A stretch of DNA of 64,000 nucleotides from Paragordius varius (Eukaryota; Animalia; Nematomorpha), in assembly GCA_964247055.1 (NCBI GenBank), contig OZ176054.1, positions 372,001 through 436,000 on the forward strand, written 5' to 3'. The notes under the pieces are model-generated. The model was not told where the DNA came from. It did no database searches and worked only from the letters and a program-made list of their open reading frames with translations. Made by a program: the position numbers and the translations under genes. Position 1 is the first letter of the stretch, and every line of letters starts with the position of its first letter. Shown one piece after another: positions 40,701 to 54,925 of this stretch.

Positions 40701-43700
40701 ATTTATTTTATACGACTTTAAAAATAAAAATGGCTACTTAAAATCCAAATTTGATCAGGTGATGTCGCCATAATTTTTTTTGGGTAACCCTATGGTGGTT
40801 CCATCATCACCCCAAATATTTTTGAGATCGGAGTATAAATGTAATTTTTATGAATTTTTTAAATATTTAAAAAATTTATTTTATACGATTTTAAAAATAA
40901 AAATGGCTACCTAAAATCCAAATTTGATCAGGTGATGTCACCATAATTTATTTGGGTAGCCCTATAGTAGTTCCATCATCACCCCAAATATTTTTGAGAT
41001 CGGAGTATAAATGTAATTTTTATGAATTTTTTAAATATTTAAAAAATTTATTTTATACGATTTTAAAAATAAAAATGGCTACCTAAAATCCAAATTTGAT
41101 CAGGTGATGTCACCATAATTTATTTGGGTAGCCCTATAGTAGTTTCATCATCACCCCAAATATTGTCGAGATCGGAGTATAAATGTAATTTTTTTGAATT
41201 TTTTAAATATTTAAAAAATTTATTTTATACGATTTTAAAAATAAAAATGGCTACCTAAAATCCAAATTTGATCAGGTGATGTCGCCATAATTTTTTTTGG
41301 GTAACCCTATGGTGGTTCCATCATCACCCCAAATATTTTGGGGATCGGACTATAAATGTAATTTTTATGAATTTTTTAATTATTTAAAAAATTTATTTTA
41401 TACGATTTTAAAAATAAAAATGGCTACCTAAAATCCAAATTTGATCAGGTGAATGTCGCCATAATTTTTTTTGGGTAGCCCTATAGAAGTTCCATCATCA
41501 CCCCAAATACTTTGGGGATCGGACTATAAATGTAATTTTAATGAATTTTTTAAATATTTAAAAAATTTATTTTATACGATTTTAAAAATAAAAATGGCTA
41601 CCTAAAATCCAAATTTGATCAGGTGATGTCACTATAATTTTTTTGGGTAGCCCTATGGTAGTTCCATCATCACCCCAAATATTTTGGGGATCGGACTATA
41701 AATGTAATTTTTATGAATTTTTTAATTATTTAAAAAATTTATTTTATACGATTTTAAAAATAAAAATGGCTACCTAAAATCCAAATTTGATCAGGTGATG
41801 TCGCCATAATTTTTTTTGGGTAGCCCTATGGTAGTTCCATCATCACCCCAAATACTTTGGGGATCGGACTATAAATGTAATTTTAATGAATTTTTTAAAT
41901 ATTTAAAAAATTTATTTTATACGATTTTAAAAATAAAAATGGCTACCTAAAATCCAAATTTGATCAGGTGATGTCACCATAATTTATTTGGGTAGCCCTA
42001 TGGTAGTTCCATCATCACCCCAAATATTTTGGGGATCGGACTATAAATGTAATTTTTATAAATTTTTTAAATATTTAAAAAATTTATTTTATAAGATTTT
42101 AAAAATAAAAATGGGTACCTAACCAAATTTGATCAGGTGATGTCACCATAATTTATTTGGGTAGCCCTATGGTAGTTCCATCATCACCCCAAATATTTTT
42201 GAGATCGGAGTATAAATGTAATTTTTATGAATTTTTTAAATATTTAAAAAATTAATTTTATACGATTTTAAAAATAAAAATGGCTACCTAAAATCCAAAT
42301 TTGATCAGGTGATGTCGCCATAATTTTTTTTGGGTAGCCCTATGGTAGTTCCATCATAACCCCAAATATTTTTGAGATCGGACTTTAAATGTAATTTTTA
42401 TGAATTTTTTAAATATTTAAAAAATTTATTTTATACGATTTTAAAAATAAAAATGGCTACCTAATATCCAAATTTGATCAGGTGATGTCGCCATAATTTT
42501 TTTTGGGTAGCCCTATAGTAGTTCCATCATCACCCCAAATATTTTTGAGATCGGAGTATAAATCTAATTTTTATGAATTTTTTAAATATTTAAAAAATTT
42601 ATTTTATACGATTTTAAAAATAAAAATGGCTACCTAAAATCCAAATGATCAGGTGATGTCACTATAATTTTTTTGGGTGGCCCTATGGTAGTTCCATCAT
42701 CACCCCAAATATTTTGGGGATCGGACTATAAATGTAATTTTTATGAATTTTTTAAATATTTAAAAAATTTATTTTATAAGATTTTAAAAATAAAAATGGC
42801 TACCTAAAATCCAAATTTGATCAGGTGATGTCACCATAATTTATTTGGGTAGCCCTATGGTAGTTCCATCATAACCCCAAATATTTTTGAGATCGGAGTA
42901 TAAATGTAATTTTTATGAATTTTTTAAATATTTAAAAAATTTATTTTATACGATTTTAAAAATAAAAATGGCTACCTAAAATCCAAATTTGATCAGGTGA
43001 TGTCACCATAAATTTTTGTGGGTAGTCCTATGGTAGTTCCATCATCACCCCAAATATTGTCGAGATCGGAGTATAAATGTAGTTTTTTTGAATTTTTTAA
43101 ATATTTAAAAAATTTATTTTATACGATTTTAAAAATAAAAATGGCTACCTAAAATCCAAATTTGATCAGGTGATGTCGCCATAATTTTTTTTGGGTAGCC
43201 CTATAGTAGTTTCATCATCACCCCAAATATTGTCGAGATCGGAGTATAAATGTAATTTTTTTGAATTTTTTAAATATTTAAAAAATTTATTTTATACGAT
43301 TTTAAAAATAAAAATGGCTACCTAAAATCCAAATTTGATCAGGTGATGTCGCCATAATTTTTTTTGGGTAACCCTATGGTGGTTCCATCATCACCCCAAA
43401 TATTTTTGATATCGGACTTTAAATGTAATTTTTATGAATTTTTTAAATATTTAAAAAATTTATTTTATACGATTTTAAAAATAAAAATGGCTACCTAAAA
43501 TCCAAATTTGATCAGGTGATGTCGCCATAATTTTTTTTGGGTAGCCCTATAGTAGTTCCATCATCACCCCAAATATTTTTGAGATCGGAGTATAAATGTT
43601 TTTATGAATTTTTTAAATATTTAAAAAATTTATTTTATACGATTTTAAAAATAAAAATGGCTACCTAAAATCCAAATTTGATCAGGTGATGTCACTATAA

Positions 43701-44067
43701 TTTTTTTGGGTGGCCCTATGGTAGTTCCATCATCACCCCAAATATTTTGGGGATCGGACTATAAATGTAATTTTTATGAATTTTTTAAATATTTAAAAAA
43801 TTTATTTTATAAGATTTTAAAAATAAAAATGGCTACCTAAAATCCAAATTTGATCAGGTGATGTCACCATAATTTATTTGGGTAGCCCTATGGTAGTTCC
43901 ATCATAACCCCAAATATTTTTGAGATCGGACTTTAAATGTAATTTTTATGAATTTTTTAAATATTTAAAAAATTTATTTTATACGATTTTAAAAATAAAA
44001 ATGGCTACCTAAAATCCAAATTTGATCAGGTGATGTCACCATAAATTTTTGTGGGTAGTCCTATGGT

Positions 44068-46080
44068 AGTTCCATCATCACCCCAAATATTGTCGAGATC
44101 GGAGTATAAATGTAGTTTTTTTGAATTTTTTAAATATTTAAAAAATTTATTTTATACGATTTTAAAAATAAAAATGGCTACCTAAAATCCAAATTTGATC
44201 AGGTGATGTCGCCATAATTTTTTTTGGGTAGCCCTATAGTAGTTCCATCATCACCCCAAATATTTTTGAGATCGGAGTATAAATGTAATTTTTATGAATT
44301 TTTTAAATATTTAAAAAATTTATTTTATACGATTTTAAAAATAAAAATGGCTACCTAAAATCCAAATTTGATCAGGTGATGTCACCATAATTTATTTGGG
44401 TAGCCCTATAGTAGTTCCATCATCACCCCAAATATTTTTGAGATCGGAGTATAAATGTAATTTTTATGAATTTTTTAAATATTTAAAAAATTTATTTTAT
44501 AAGATTTTAAAAATAAAAATGGCTACCTAAAATCCAAATTTGATCAGGTGATGTCGCCATAATTTTTTTTGGGTAGCCCTATAGTAGTTCCATCATCACC
44601 CCAAATATTTTTGAGATCGGAGTATAAATGTAATTTTTATGAATTTTTTAAATATTTAAAAAATTTATTTTATACGATTTTAAAAATAAAAATGGCTACC
44701 TAAAATCCAAATTTGATCAGGTGATGTCACCATAATTTATTTGGGTAGCTCTATAGTAGTTCCATCATCACCCCAAATATTTTTGAGATCGGAGTATAAA
44801 TGTAATTTTTATGAATTTTTTAAATATTTAAAAAATTTATTTTATACGATTTTAAAAATAAAAATGGCTACCTAAAATCCAAATTTGATCAGGTGATGTC
44901 GCCATAATTTTTTTGGGTAACCCTATGGTGGTTCCATCATCACCCCAAATATTTTTGAGATCGGAGTATAAATGTAATTTTTATGAATTTTTTAAATATT
45001 TAAAAAATTTATTTTATACGATTTTAAAAATAAAAATGGCTACCTAAAATCCAAATTTGATCAGGTGATGTCACCATAAATTTTTGTGGGTAGTCCTATG
45101 GTAGTTCCATCATCACCCCAAATATTGTCGAGATCGGAGTATAAATGTAGTTTTTTTGAATTTTTTAAATATTTAAAAAATTTATTTTATACGATTTTAA
45201 AAATAAAAATGGCTACCTAAAATCCAAATTTGATCAGGTGATGTCGCCATAATTTTTTTTGGGTAGCCCTATAGTAGTTCCATCATCACCCCAAATATTT
45301 TTGAGATCGGAGTATAAATGTAATTTTTATGAATTTTTTAAATATTTAAAAAATTTATTTTATACGATTTTAAAAATAAAAATGGCTACCTAAAATCCAA
45401 ATTTGATCAGGTGATGTCACCATAATTTATTTGGGTAGCCCTATAGTAGTTCCATCATCACCCCAAATATTGTCGAGATCGGAGTATAAATGTAATTTTT
45501 ATGAATTTTTTAAATATTTAAAAAATTTATTTTATAAGATTTTAAAAATAAAAATGGCTACCTAAAATCCAAATTTGATCAGGTGATGTCGCCATAATTT
45601 TTTTTGGGTAGCCCTATAGTAGTTCCATCATCACCCCAAATATTTTTGAGATCGGAGTATAAATGTAATTTTTATGAATTTTTTAAATATTTAAAAAATT
45701 TATTTTATACGATTTTAAAAATAAAAATGGCTACCTAAAATCCAAATTTGATCAGGTGATGTCACCATAATTTATTTGGGTAGCTCTATAGTAGTTCCAT
45801 CATCACCCCAAATATTTTTGAGATCGGAGTATAAATGTAATTTTTATGAATTTTTTAAATATTTAAAAAATTTATTTTATACGATTTTAAAAATAAAAAT
45901 GGCTATTTAAAATCCAAATTTGATCAGGTGATGTCGCCATAATTTTTTTGGGTAACCCTATGGTGGTTCCATCATCACCCCAAATATTTTTGAGATCGGA
46001 GTATAAATGTAATTTTTATGAATTTTTTAAATATTTAAAAAATTTATTTTATACGATTTTAAAAATAAAAATGGCTACCT
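44068..46080 (+). repeat. 6-monomer tandem duplication (1035 bp)
   Basis: ATAAATTTTTGTGGG at 44041/45076; GTAGCTCT recurs at +1035. Confidence 0.8.
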
Positions 46081-47000
46081 AAAATCCAAATTTGATCAGG
46101 TGATGTCACCATAATTTATTTGGGTAGCCCTATAGTAGTTTCATCATCACCCCAAATATTGTCGAGATCGGAGTATAAATGTAATTTTTTTGAATTTTTT
46201 AAATATTTAAAAAATTTATTTTATACGATTTTAAAAATAAAAATGGCTACCTAAAATCCAAATTTGATCAGGTGATGTCGCCATAATTTTTTTTGGGTAA
46301 CCCTATGGTGGTTCCATCATCACCCCAAATATTTTTGATATCGGACTTTAAATGTAATTTTTATGAATTTTTTAAATATTTAAAAAATTTATTTTATACG
46401 ATTTTAAAAATAAAAATGGCTACCTAAAATCCAAATTTGATCAGGTGAATGTCGCCATAATTTTTTTTGGGTAGCCCTATAGTAGTTCCATCATCACCCC
46501 AAATATTTTTGAGATCGGAGTATAAATGTAATTTTTATGAATTTTTTAAATATTTAAAAAATTTATTTTATACGATTTTAAAAATAAAAATGGCTACCTA
46601 AAATCCAAATTTGATCAGGTGATGTCACTATAATTTTTTTGGGTAGCCCTATGGTAGTTCCATCATCACCCCAAATATTTTGGGGATCGGACTATAAATG
46701 TAATTTTTATGAATTTTTTAATTATTTAAAAAATTTATTTTATACGATTTTAAAAATAAAAATGGCTACCTAAAATCCAAATTTGATCAGGTGATGTCGC
46801 CATAATTTTTTTTGGGTAGCCCTATGGTAGTTCCATCATCACCCCAAATACTTTGGGGATCGGACTATAAATGTAATTTTAATGAATTTTTTAAATATTT
46901 AAAAAATTTATTTTATACGATTTTAAAAATAAAAATGGCTACCTAAAATCCAAATTTGATCAGGTGATGTCACCATAATTTATTTGGGTAGCCCTATGGT

Positions 47001-50000
47001 AGTTCCATCATCACCCCAAATATTTTGGGGATCGGACTATAAATGTAATTTTTATGAATTTTTTAATTATTTAAAAAATTTATTTTATACGATTTTAAAA
47101 ATAAAAATGGCTACCTAAAATCCAAATTTGATCAGGTGATGTCACCATAATTTATTTGGGTAGCCCTATGGTAGTTCCATCATCACCCCAAATATTTTGG
47201 GGATCGGACTATAAATGTAATTTTTATGAATTTTTTAAATATTTAAAAAATTAATTTTATACGATTTTAAAAATAAAAATGGCTACCTAAAATCCAAATT
47301 TGATCAGGTGATGTCGCCATAATTTTTTTTGGGTAGCCCTATGGTAGTTCCATCATAACCCCAAATATTTTTGAGATCGGACTTTAAATGTAATTTTTAT
47401 GAATTTTTTAAATATTTAAAAAATTTATTTTATACGATTTTAAAAATAAAAATGGCTACCTAAAATCCAAATTTGATCAGGTGATGTCGCCATAATTTTT
47501 TTTGGGTAGCCCTAAAGTAGTTCCATCATCACCCCAAATATTTTTGAGATCGGAGTATAAATGTAATTTTTATGAATTTTTTAAATATTTAAAAAATTTA
47601 TTTTATACGATTTTAAAAATAAAAATGGCTACCTAAAATCCAAATTTGATCAGGTGATGTCACTATAATTTTTTTGGGTGGCCCTATGGTAGTTCCATCA
47701 TCACCCCAAATATTTTGGGGATCGGACTATAAATGTAATTTTTATGAATTTTTTAAATATTTAAAAAATTTATTTTATAAGATTTTAAAAATAAAAATGG
47801 CTACCTAAAATCCAAATTTGATCAGGTGATGTCACCATAATTTATTTGGGTAGCCCTATAGTAGTTCCATCATCACCCCAAATATTTTTGAGATCGGAGT
47901 ATAAATGTAATTTTTATGAATTTTTTAAATATTTAAAAAATTTATTTTATACGATTTTAAAAATAAAAATGGCTACCTAAAATCCAAATTTGATCAGGTG
48001 ATGTCACTATAATTTTTTTGGGTAGCCCTATGGTAGTTCCATCATCACCCCAAATATTTTGGGGATCGGACTATAAATGTAATTTTTATGAATTTTTTAA
48101 ATATTTAAAAAATTTATTTTATACGATTTTAAAAATAAAAATGGCTACCTAAAATCCAAATTTGATCAGGTGATGTCACCATAATTTATTTGGGTAGCCC
48201 TATGGTAGTTCCATCATCACCCCAAATATTTTGGGGATCGGACTATAAATGTAATTTTTATGAATTTTTTAAATATTTAAAAAATTAATTTTATACGATT
48301 TTAAAAATAAAAATGGCTACCTAAAATCCAAATTTGATCAGGTGATGTCACCATAATTTATTTGGGTAGCCCTATGGTAGTTCCATCATCACCCCAAATA
48401 TTTTGGGGATCGGACTATAAATGTAATTTTTATGAATTTTTTAATTATTTAAAAAATTTATTTTATACGATTTTAAAAATAAAAATGGCTACCTAAAATC
48501 CAAATTTGATCAGGTGATGTCACCATAATTTATTTGGGTAGCCCTATGGTAGTTCCATCATCACCCCAAATATTTTGGGGATCGGACTATAAATGTAATT
48601 TTTATGAATTTTTTAAATATTTAAAAAATTAATTTTATACGATTTTAAAAATAAAAATGGCTACCTAAAATCCAAATTTGATCAGGTGATGTCGCCATAA
48701 TTTTTTTTGGGTAGCCCTATGGTAGTTCCATCATAACCCCAAATATTTTTGAGATCGGACTTTAAATGTAATTTTTATGAATTTTTTAAATATTTAAAAA
48801 ATTTATTTTATACGATTTTAAAAATAAAAATGGCTACCTAAAATCCAAATTTGATCAGGTGATGTCGCCATAATTTTTTTTGGGTAGCCCTAAAGTAGTT
48901 CCATCATCACCCCAAATATTTTTGAGATCGGAGTATAAATGTAATTTTTATGAATTTTTTAAATATTTAAAAAATTTATTTTATACGATTTTAAAAATAA
49001 AAATGGCTACCTAAAATCCAAATTTGATCAGGTGATGTCACTATAATTTTTTTGGGTGGCCCTATGGTAGTTCCATCATCACCCCAAATATTTTGGGGAT
49101 CGGACTATAAATGTAATTTTTATGAATTTTTTAAATATTTAAAAAATTTATTTTATAAGATTTTAAAAATAAAAATGGCTACCTAAAATCCAAATTTGAT
49201 CAGGTGATGTCACCATAATTTATTTGGGTAGCCCTATAGTAGTTCCATCATCACCCCAAATATTTTTGAGATCGGAGTATAAATGTAATTTTTATGAATT
49301 TTTTAAATATTTAAAAAATTTATTTTATACGATTTTAAAAATAAAAATGGCTACCTAAAATCCAAATTTGATCAGGTGATGTCACTATAATTTTTTTGGG
49401 TAGCCCTATGGTAGTTCCATCATCACCCCAAATATTTTGGGGATCGGACTATAAATGTAATTTTTATGAATTTTTTAAATATTTAAAAAATTTATTTTAT
49501 ACGATTTTAAAAATAAAAATGGCTACCTAAAATCCAAATTTGATCAGGTGATGTCACCATAATTTATTTGGGTAGCCCTATGGTAGTTCCATCATCACCC
49601 CAAATATTTTGGGGATCGGACTATAAATGTAATTTTTATGAATTTTTTAAATATTTAAAAAATTAATTTTATACGATTTTAAAAATAAAAATGGCTACCT
49701 AAAATCCAAATTTGATCAGGTGATGTCACCATAATTTATTTGGGTAGCCCTATGGTAGTTCCATCATCACCCCAAATATTTTGGGGATCGGACTATAAAT
49801 GTAATTTTTATGAATTTTTTAAATATTTAAAAAATTTATTTTATAAGATTTTAAAAATAAAAATGGCTACCTAAAATCCAAATTTGATCAGGTGATGTCA
49901 CTATAATTTTTTTGGGTAGCCCTATGGTAGTTCCATCATCACCCCAAATATTTTGGGGATCGGACTATAAATGTAATTTTTATGAATTTTTTAAATATTT

Positions 50001-50780
50001 AAAAAATTTATTTTATACGATTTTAAAAATAAAAATGGCTACCTAAAATCCAAATTTGATCAGGTGATGTCGCCATAATTTTTTTTGGGTAGCCCTATGG
50101 TAGTTCCATCATAACCCCAAATATTTTTGAGATCGGACTTTAAATATAATTTTTATGAATTTTTTAAATATTTAAAAAATTTATTTTATACGATTTTAAA
50201 AATAAAAATGGCTACCTAAAATCCAAATTTGATCAGGTGATGTCGCCATAATTTTTTTTGGGTAGCCCTATAGTAGTTCCATCATCACCCCAAATATTTT
50301 TGAGATCGGAGTATAAATGTAATTTTTATGAATTTTTTAAATATTTAAAAAATTTATTTTATACGATTTTAAAAATAAAAATGGCTACCTAAAATCCAAA
50401 TTTGATCAGGTGATGTCACTATAATTTTTTTGGGTGGCCCTATGGTAGTTCCATCATCACCCCAAATATTTTGGGGATCGGACTATAAATGTAATTTTTA
50501 TGAATTTTTTAAATATTTAAAAAATTTATTTTATAAGATTTTAAAAATAAAAATGGCTACCTAAAATCCAAATTTGATCAGGTGATGTCACCATAATTTA
50601 TTTGGGTAGCCCTATAGTAGTTCCATCATCACCCCAAATATTTTTGAGATCGGAGTATAAATGTAATTTTTATGAATTTTTTAAATATTTAAAAAATTTA
50701 TTTTATACGATTTTAAAAATAAAAATGGCTACCTAAAATCCAAATTTGATCAGGTGATGTCACTATAATTTATTTGGGTA
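47001..50780 (+). repeat. 8-monomer HOR (1378 bp): two near-identical copies plus a diverged third
   Basis: CCCTAAAGT monomer starts 47519/48897; GGGTGGCCC at 47678, 49056 and 50434. Confidence 0.85.
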
Positions 50781-53700
50781 GCCCTATGGTAGTTCCATCA
50801 TCACCCCAAATATTTTGGGGATCGGACTATAAATGTAATTTTTATGAATTTTTTAAATATTTAAAAAATTTATTTTATAAGATTTTAAAAATAAAAATGG
50901 CTACCTAAAATCCAAATTTGATCAGGTGATGTCACTATAATTTTTTTGGGTAGCCCTATGGTAGTTCCATCATCACCCCAAATATTTTGGGGATCGGACT
51001 ATAAATGTAATTTTTATGAATTTTTTAAATATTTAAAAAATTTATTTTATACGATTTTAAAAATAAAAATGGCTACCTAAAATCCAAATTTGATCAGGTG
51101 ATGTCGCCATAATTTTTTTTGGGTAGCCCTATGGTAGTTCCATCATAACCCCAAATATTTTTGAGATCGGACTTTAAATATAATTTTTATGAATTTTTTA
51201 AATATTTAAAAAATTTATTTTATACGATTTTAAAAATAAAAATGGCTACCTAAAATCCAAATTTGATCAGGTGATGTCGCCATAATTTTTTTTGGGTAGC
51301 CCTATAGTAGTTCCATCATCACCCCAAATATTTTTGAGATCGGAGTATAAATGTAATTTTTATGAATTTTTTAAATATTTAAAAAATTTATTTTATACGA
51401 TTTTAAAAATAAAAATGGCTACCTAAAATCCAAATTTGATCAGGTGATGTCACTATAATTTTTTTGGGTGGCCCTATGGTAGTTCCATCATCACCCCAAA
51501 TATTTTGGGGATCGGACTATAAATGTAATTTTTATGAATTTTTTAAATATTTAAAAAATTTATTTTATACGATTTTAAAAATAAAAATGGCTACCTAAAA
51601 TCCAAATTTGATCAGGTGATGTCGCCATAATTTTTTTTGGGTAGCCCTATAGTAGTTCCATCATCACCCCAAATATTTTTGAGATCGGAGTATAAATGTA
51701 ATTTTTATGAATTTTTTAAATATTTAAAAAATTTATTTTATACGATTTTAAAAATAAAAATGGCTACCTAAAATCCAAATTTGATCAGGTGATGTCACTA
51801 TAATTTTTTTGGGTGGCCCTATGGTAGTTCCATCATCACCCCAAATATTTTGGGGATCGGACTATAAATGTAATTTTTATGAATTTTTTAAATATTTAAA
51901 AAATTTATTTTATACGATTTTAAAAATAAAAATGGCTACCTAAAATCCAAATTTGATCAGGTGATGTCACCATAATTTATTTGGGTAGCCCTATAGTAGT
52001 TCCATCATCACCCCAAATATTTTTGAGATCGGAGTATAAATGTAATTTTTATGAATTTTTCAAATATTTAAAAAATTTATTTTATACGATTTTAAAAATA
52101 AAAATGGCTACCTAAAATCCAAATTTGATCAGGTGATGTCACCATAATTTATTTGGGTAGCCCTATGGTAGTTCCATCATCACCCCAAATATTTTGGGGA
52201 TCGGACTATAAATGTAATTTTTATAAATTTTTTAAATATTTAAAAAATTTATTTTATAAGATTTTAAAAATAAAAATGGCTACCTAAAATCCAAATTTGA
52301 TCAGGTGATGTCACCATAATTTATTTGGGTAGCCCTATGGTAGTTCCATCATCACCCCAAATATTTTGGGGATCGGACTATAAATGTAATTTTTATGAAT
52401 TTTTTAAATATTTAAAAAATTAATTTTATACGATTTTAAAAATAAAAATGGCTACCTAAAATCCAAATTTGATCAGGTGATGTCGCCATAATTTTTTTTG
52501 GGTAGCCCTATGGTAGTTCCATCATAACCCCAAATATTTTTGAGATCGGACTTTAAATGTAATTTTTATGAATTTTTTAAATATTTAAAAAATTTATTTT
52601 ATACGATTTTAAAAATAAAAATGGCTACCTAAAATTTAAATTTGATCAGGTGATGTCACCATAATTTTTTTGGGTAGCCCTATGGTAGTTCCATCATCAC
52701 CCCAAATATTTTGGGGATCGGACTATAAATGTAATTTTTATGAATTTTTTAAATATTTAAAAAATTTATTTTATAAGATTTTAAAAATAAAAATGGCTAC
52801 CTAAAATCCAAATTTGATCAGGTGATGTCACCATAATTTATTTGGGTAGCCCTATAGTAGTTCCATCATCACCCCAAATATTTTTGAGATCGGAGTATAA
52901 ATGTAATTTTTATGAATTTTTTAAATATTTAAAAAATTTATTTTATACGATTTTAAAAATAAAAATGGCTACCTAAAATCCAAATTTGATCAGGTGATGT
53001 CACTATAATTTATTTGGGTAGCCCTATGGTAGTTCCATCATCACCCCAAATATTTTGGGGATCGGACTATAAATGTAATTTTTATGAATTTTTTAAATAT
53101 TTAAAAAATTTATTTTATAAGATTTTAAAAATAAAAATGGCTACCTAAAATCCAAATTTGATCAGGTGATGTCACTATAATTTTTTTGGGTAGCCCTATG
53201 GTAGTTCCATCATCACCCCAAATATTTTGGGGATCGGACTATAAATGTAATTTTTATGAATTTTTTAAATATTTAAAAAATTTATTTTATACGATTTTAA
53301 AAATAAAAATGGCTACCTAAAATCCAAATTTGATCAGGTGATGTCGCCATAATTTTTTTTGGGTAGCCCTATGGTAGTTCCATCATAACCCCAAATATTT
53401 TTGAGATCGGACTTTAAATATAATTTTTATGAATTTTTTAAATATTTAAAAAATTTATTTTATACGATTTTAAAAATAAAAATGGCTACCTAAAATCCAA
53501 ATTTGATCAGGTGATGTCGCCATAATTTTTTTTGGGTAGCCCTATAGTAGTTCCATCATCACCCCAAATATTTTTGAGATCGGAGTATAAATGTAATTTT
53601 TATGAATTTTTTAAATATTTAAAAAATTTATTTTATACGATTTTAAAAATAAAAATGGCTACCTAAAATCCAAATTTGATCAGGTGATGTCACTATAATT

Positions 53701-54925
53701 TTTTTGGGTGGCCCTATGGTAGTTCCATCATCACCCCAAATATTTTGGGGATCGGACTATAAATGTAATTTTTATGAATTTTTTAAATATTTAAAAAATT
53801 TATTTTATACGATTTTAAAAATAAAAATGGCTACCTAAAATCCAAATTTGATCAGGTGATGTCGCCATAATTTTTTTTGGGTAGCCCTATAGTAGTTCCA
53901 TCATCACCCCAAATATTTTTGAGATCGGAGTATAAATGTAATTTTTATGAATTTTTTAAATATTTAAAAAATTTATTTTATACGATTTTAAAAATAAAAA
54001 TGGCTACCTAAAATCCAAATTTGATCAGGTGATGTCACTATAATTTTTTTGGGTGGCCCTATGGTAGTTCCATCATCACCCCAAATATTTTGGGGATCGG
54101 ACTATAAATGTAATTTTTATGAATTTTTTAAATATTTAAAAAATTTATTTTATACGATTTTAAAAATAAAAATGGCTACCTAAAATCCAAATTTGATCAG
54201 GTGATGTCACCATAATTTATTTGGGTAGCCCTATAGTAGTTCCATCATCACCCCAAATATTTTTGAGATCGGAGTATAAATGTAATTTTTATGAATTTTT
54301 CAAATATTTAAAAAATTTATTTTATACGATTTTAAAAATAAAAATGGCTACCTAAAATCCAAATTTGATCAGGTGATGTCACCATAATTTATTTGGGTAG
54401 CCCTATGGTAGTTCCATCATCACCCCAAATATTTTGGGGATCGGACTATAAATGTAATTTTTATAAATTTTTTAAATATTTAAAAAATTTATTTTATAAG
54501 ATTTTAAAAATAAAAATGGCTACCTAAAATCCAAATTTGATCAGGTGATGTCACCATAATTTATTTGGGTAGCCCTATGGTAGTTCCATCATCACCCCAA
54601 ATATTTTGGGGATCGGACTATAAATGTAATTTTTATGAATTTTTAAATATTTAAAAAATTAATTTTATACGATTTTAAAAATAAAAATGGCTACCTAAAA
54701 TCCAAATTTGATCAGGTGATGTCGCCATAATTTTTTTTGGGTAGCCCTATGGTAGTTCCATCATAACCCCAAATATTTTTGAGATCGGACTTTAAATGTA
54801 ATTTTTATGAATTTTTTAAATATTTAAAAAATTTATTTTATACGATTTTAAAAATAAAAATGGCTACCTAAAATTTAAATTTGATCAGGTGATGTCACCA
54901 TAATTTTTTTGGGTAGCCCTATGGT
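50447..54925 (+). repeat. 13-monomer tandem duplication (2240/2239 bp)
   Basis: CACT-TTTATTT at 50761/53001; TTCAAATATT at 52061/54301; AAAATTTAAA recurs at +2239. Confidence 0.88.
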
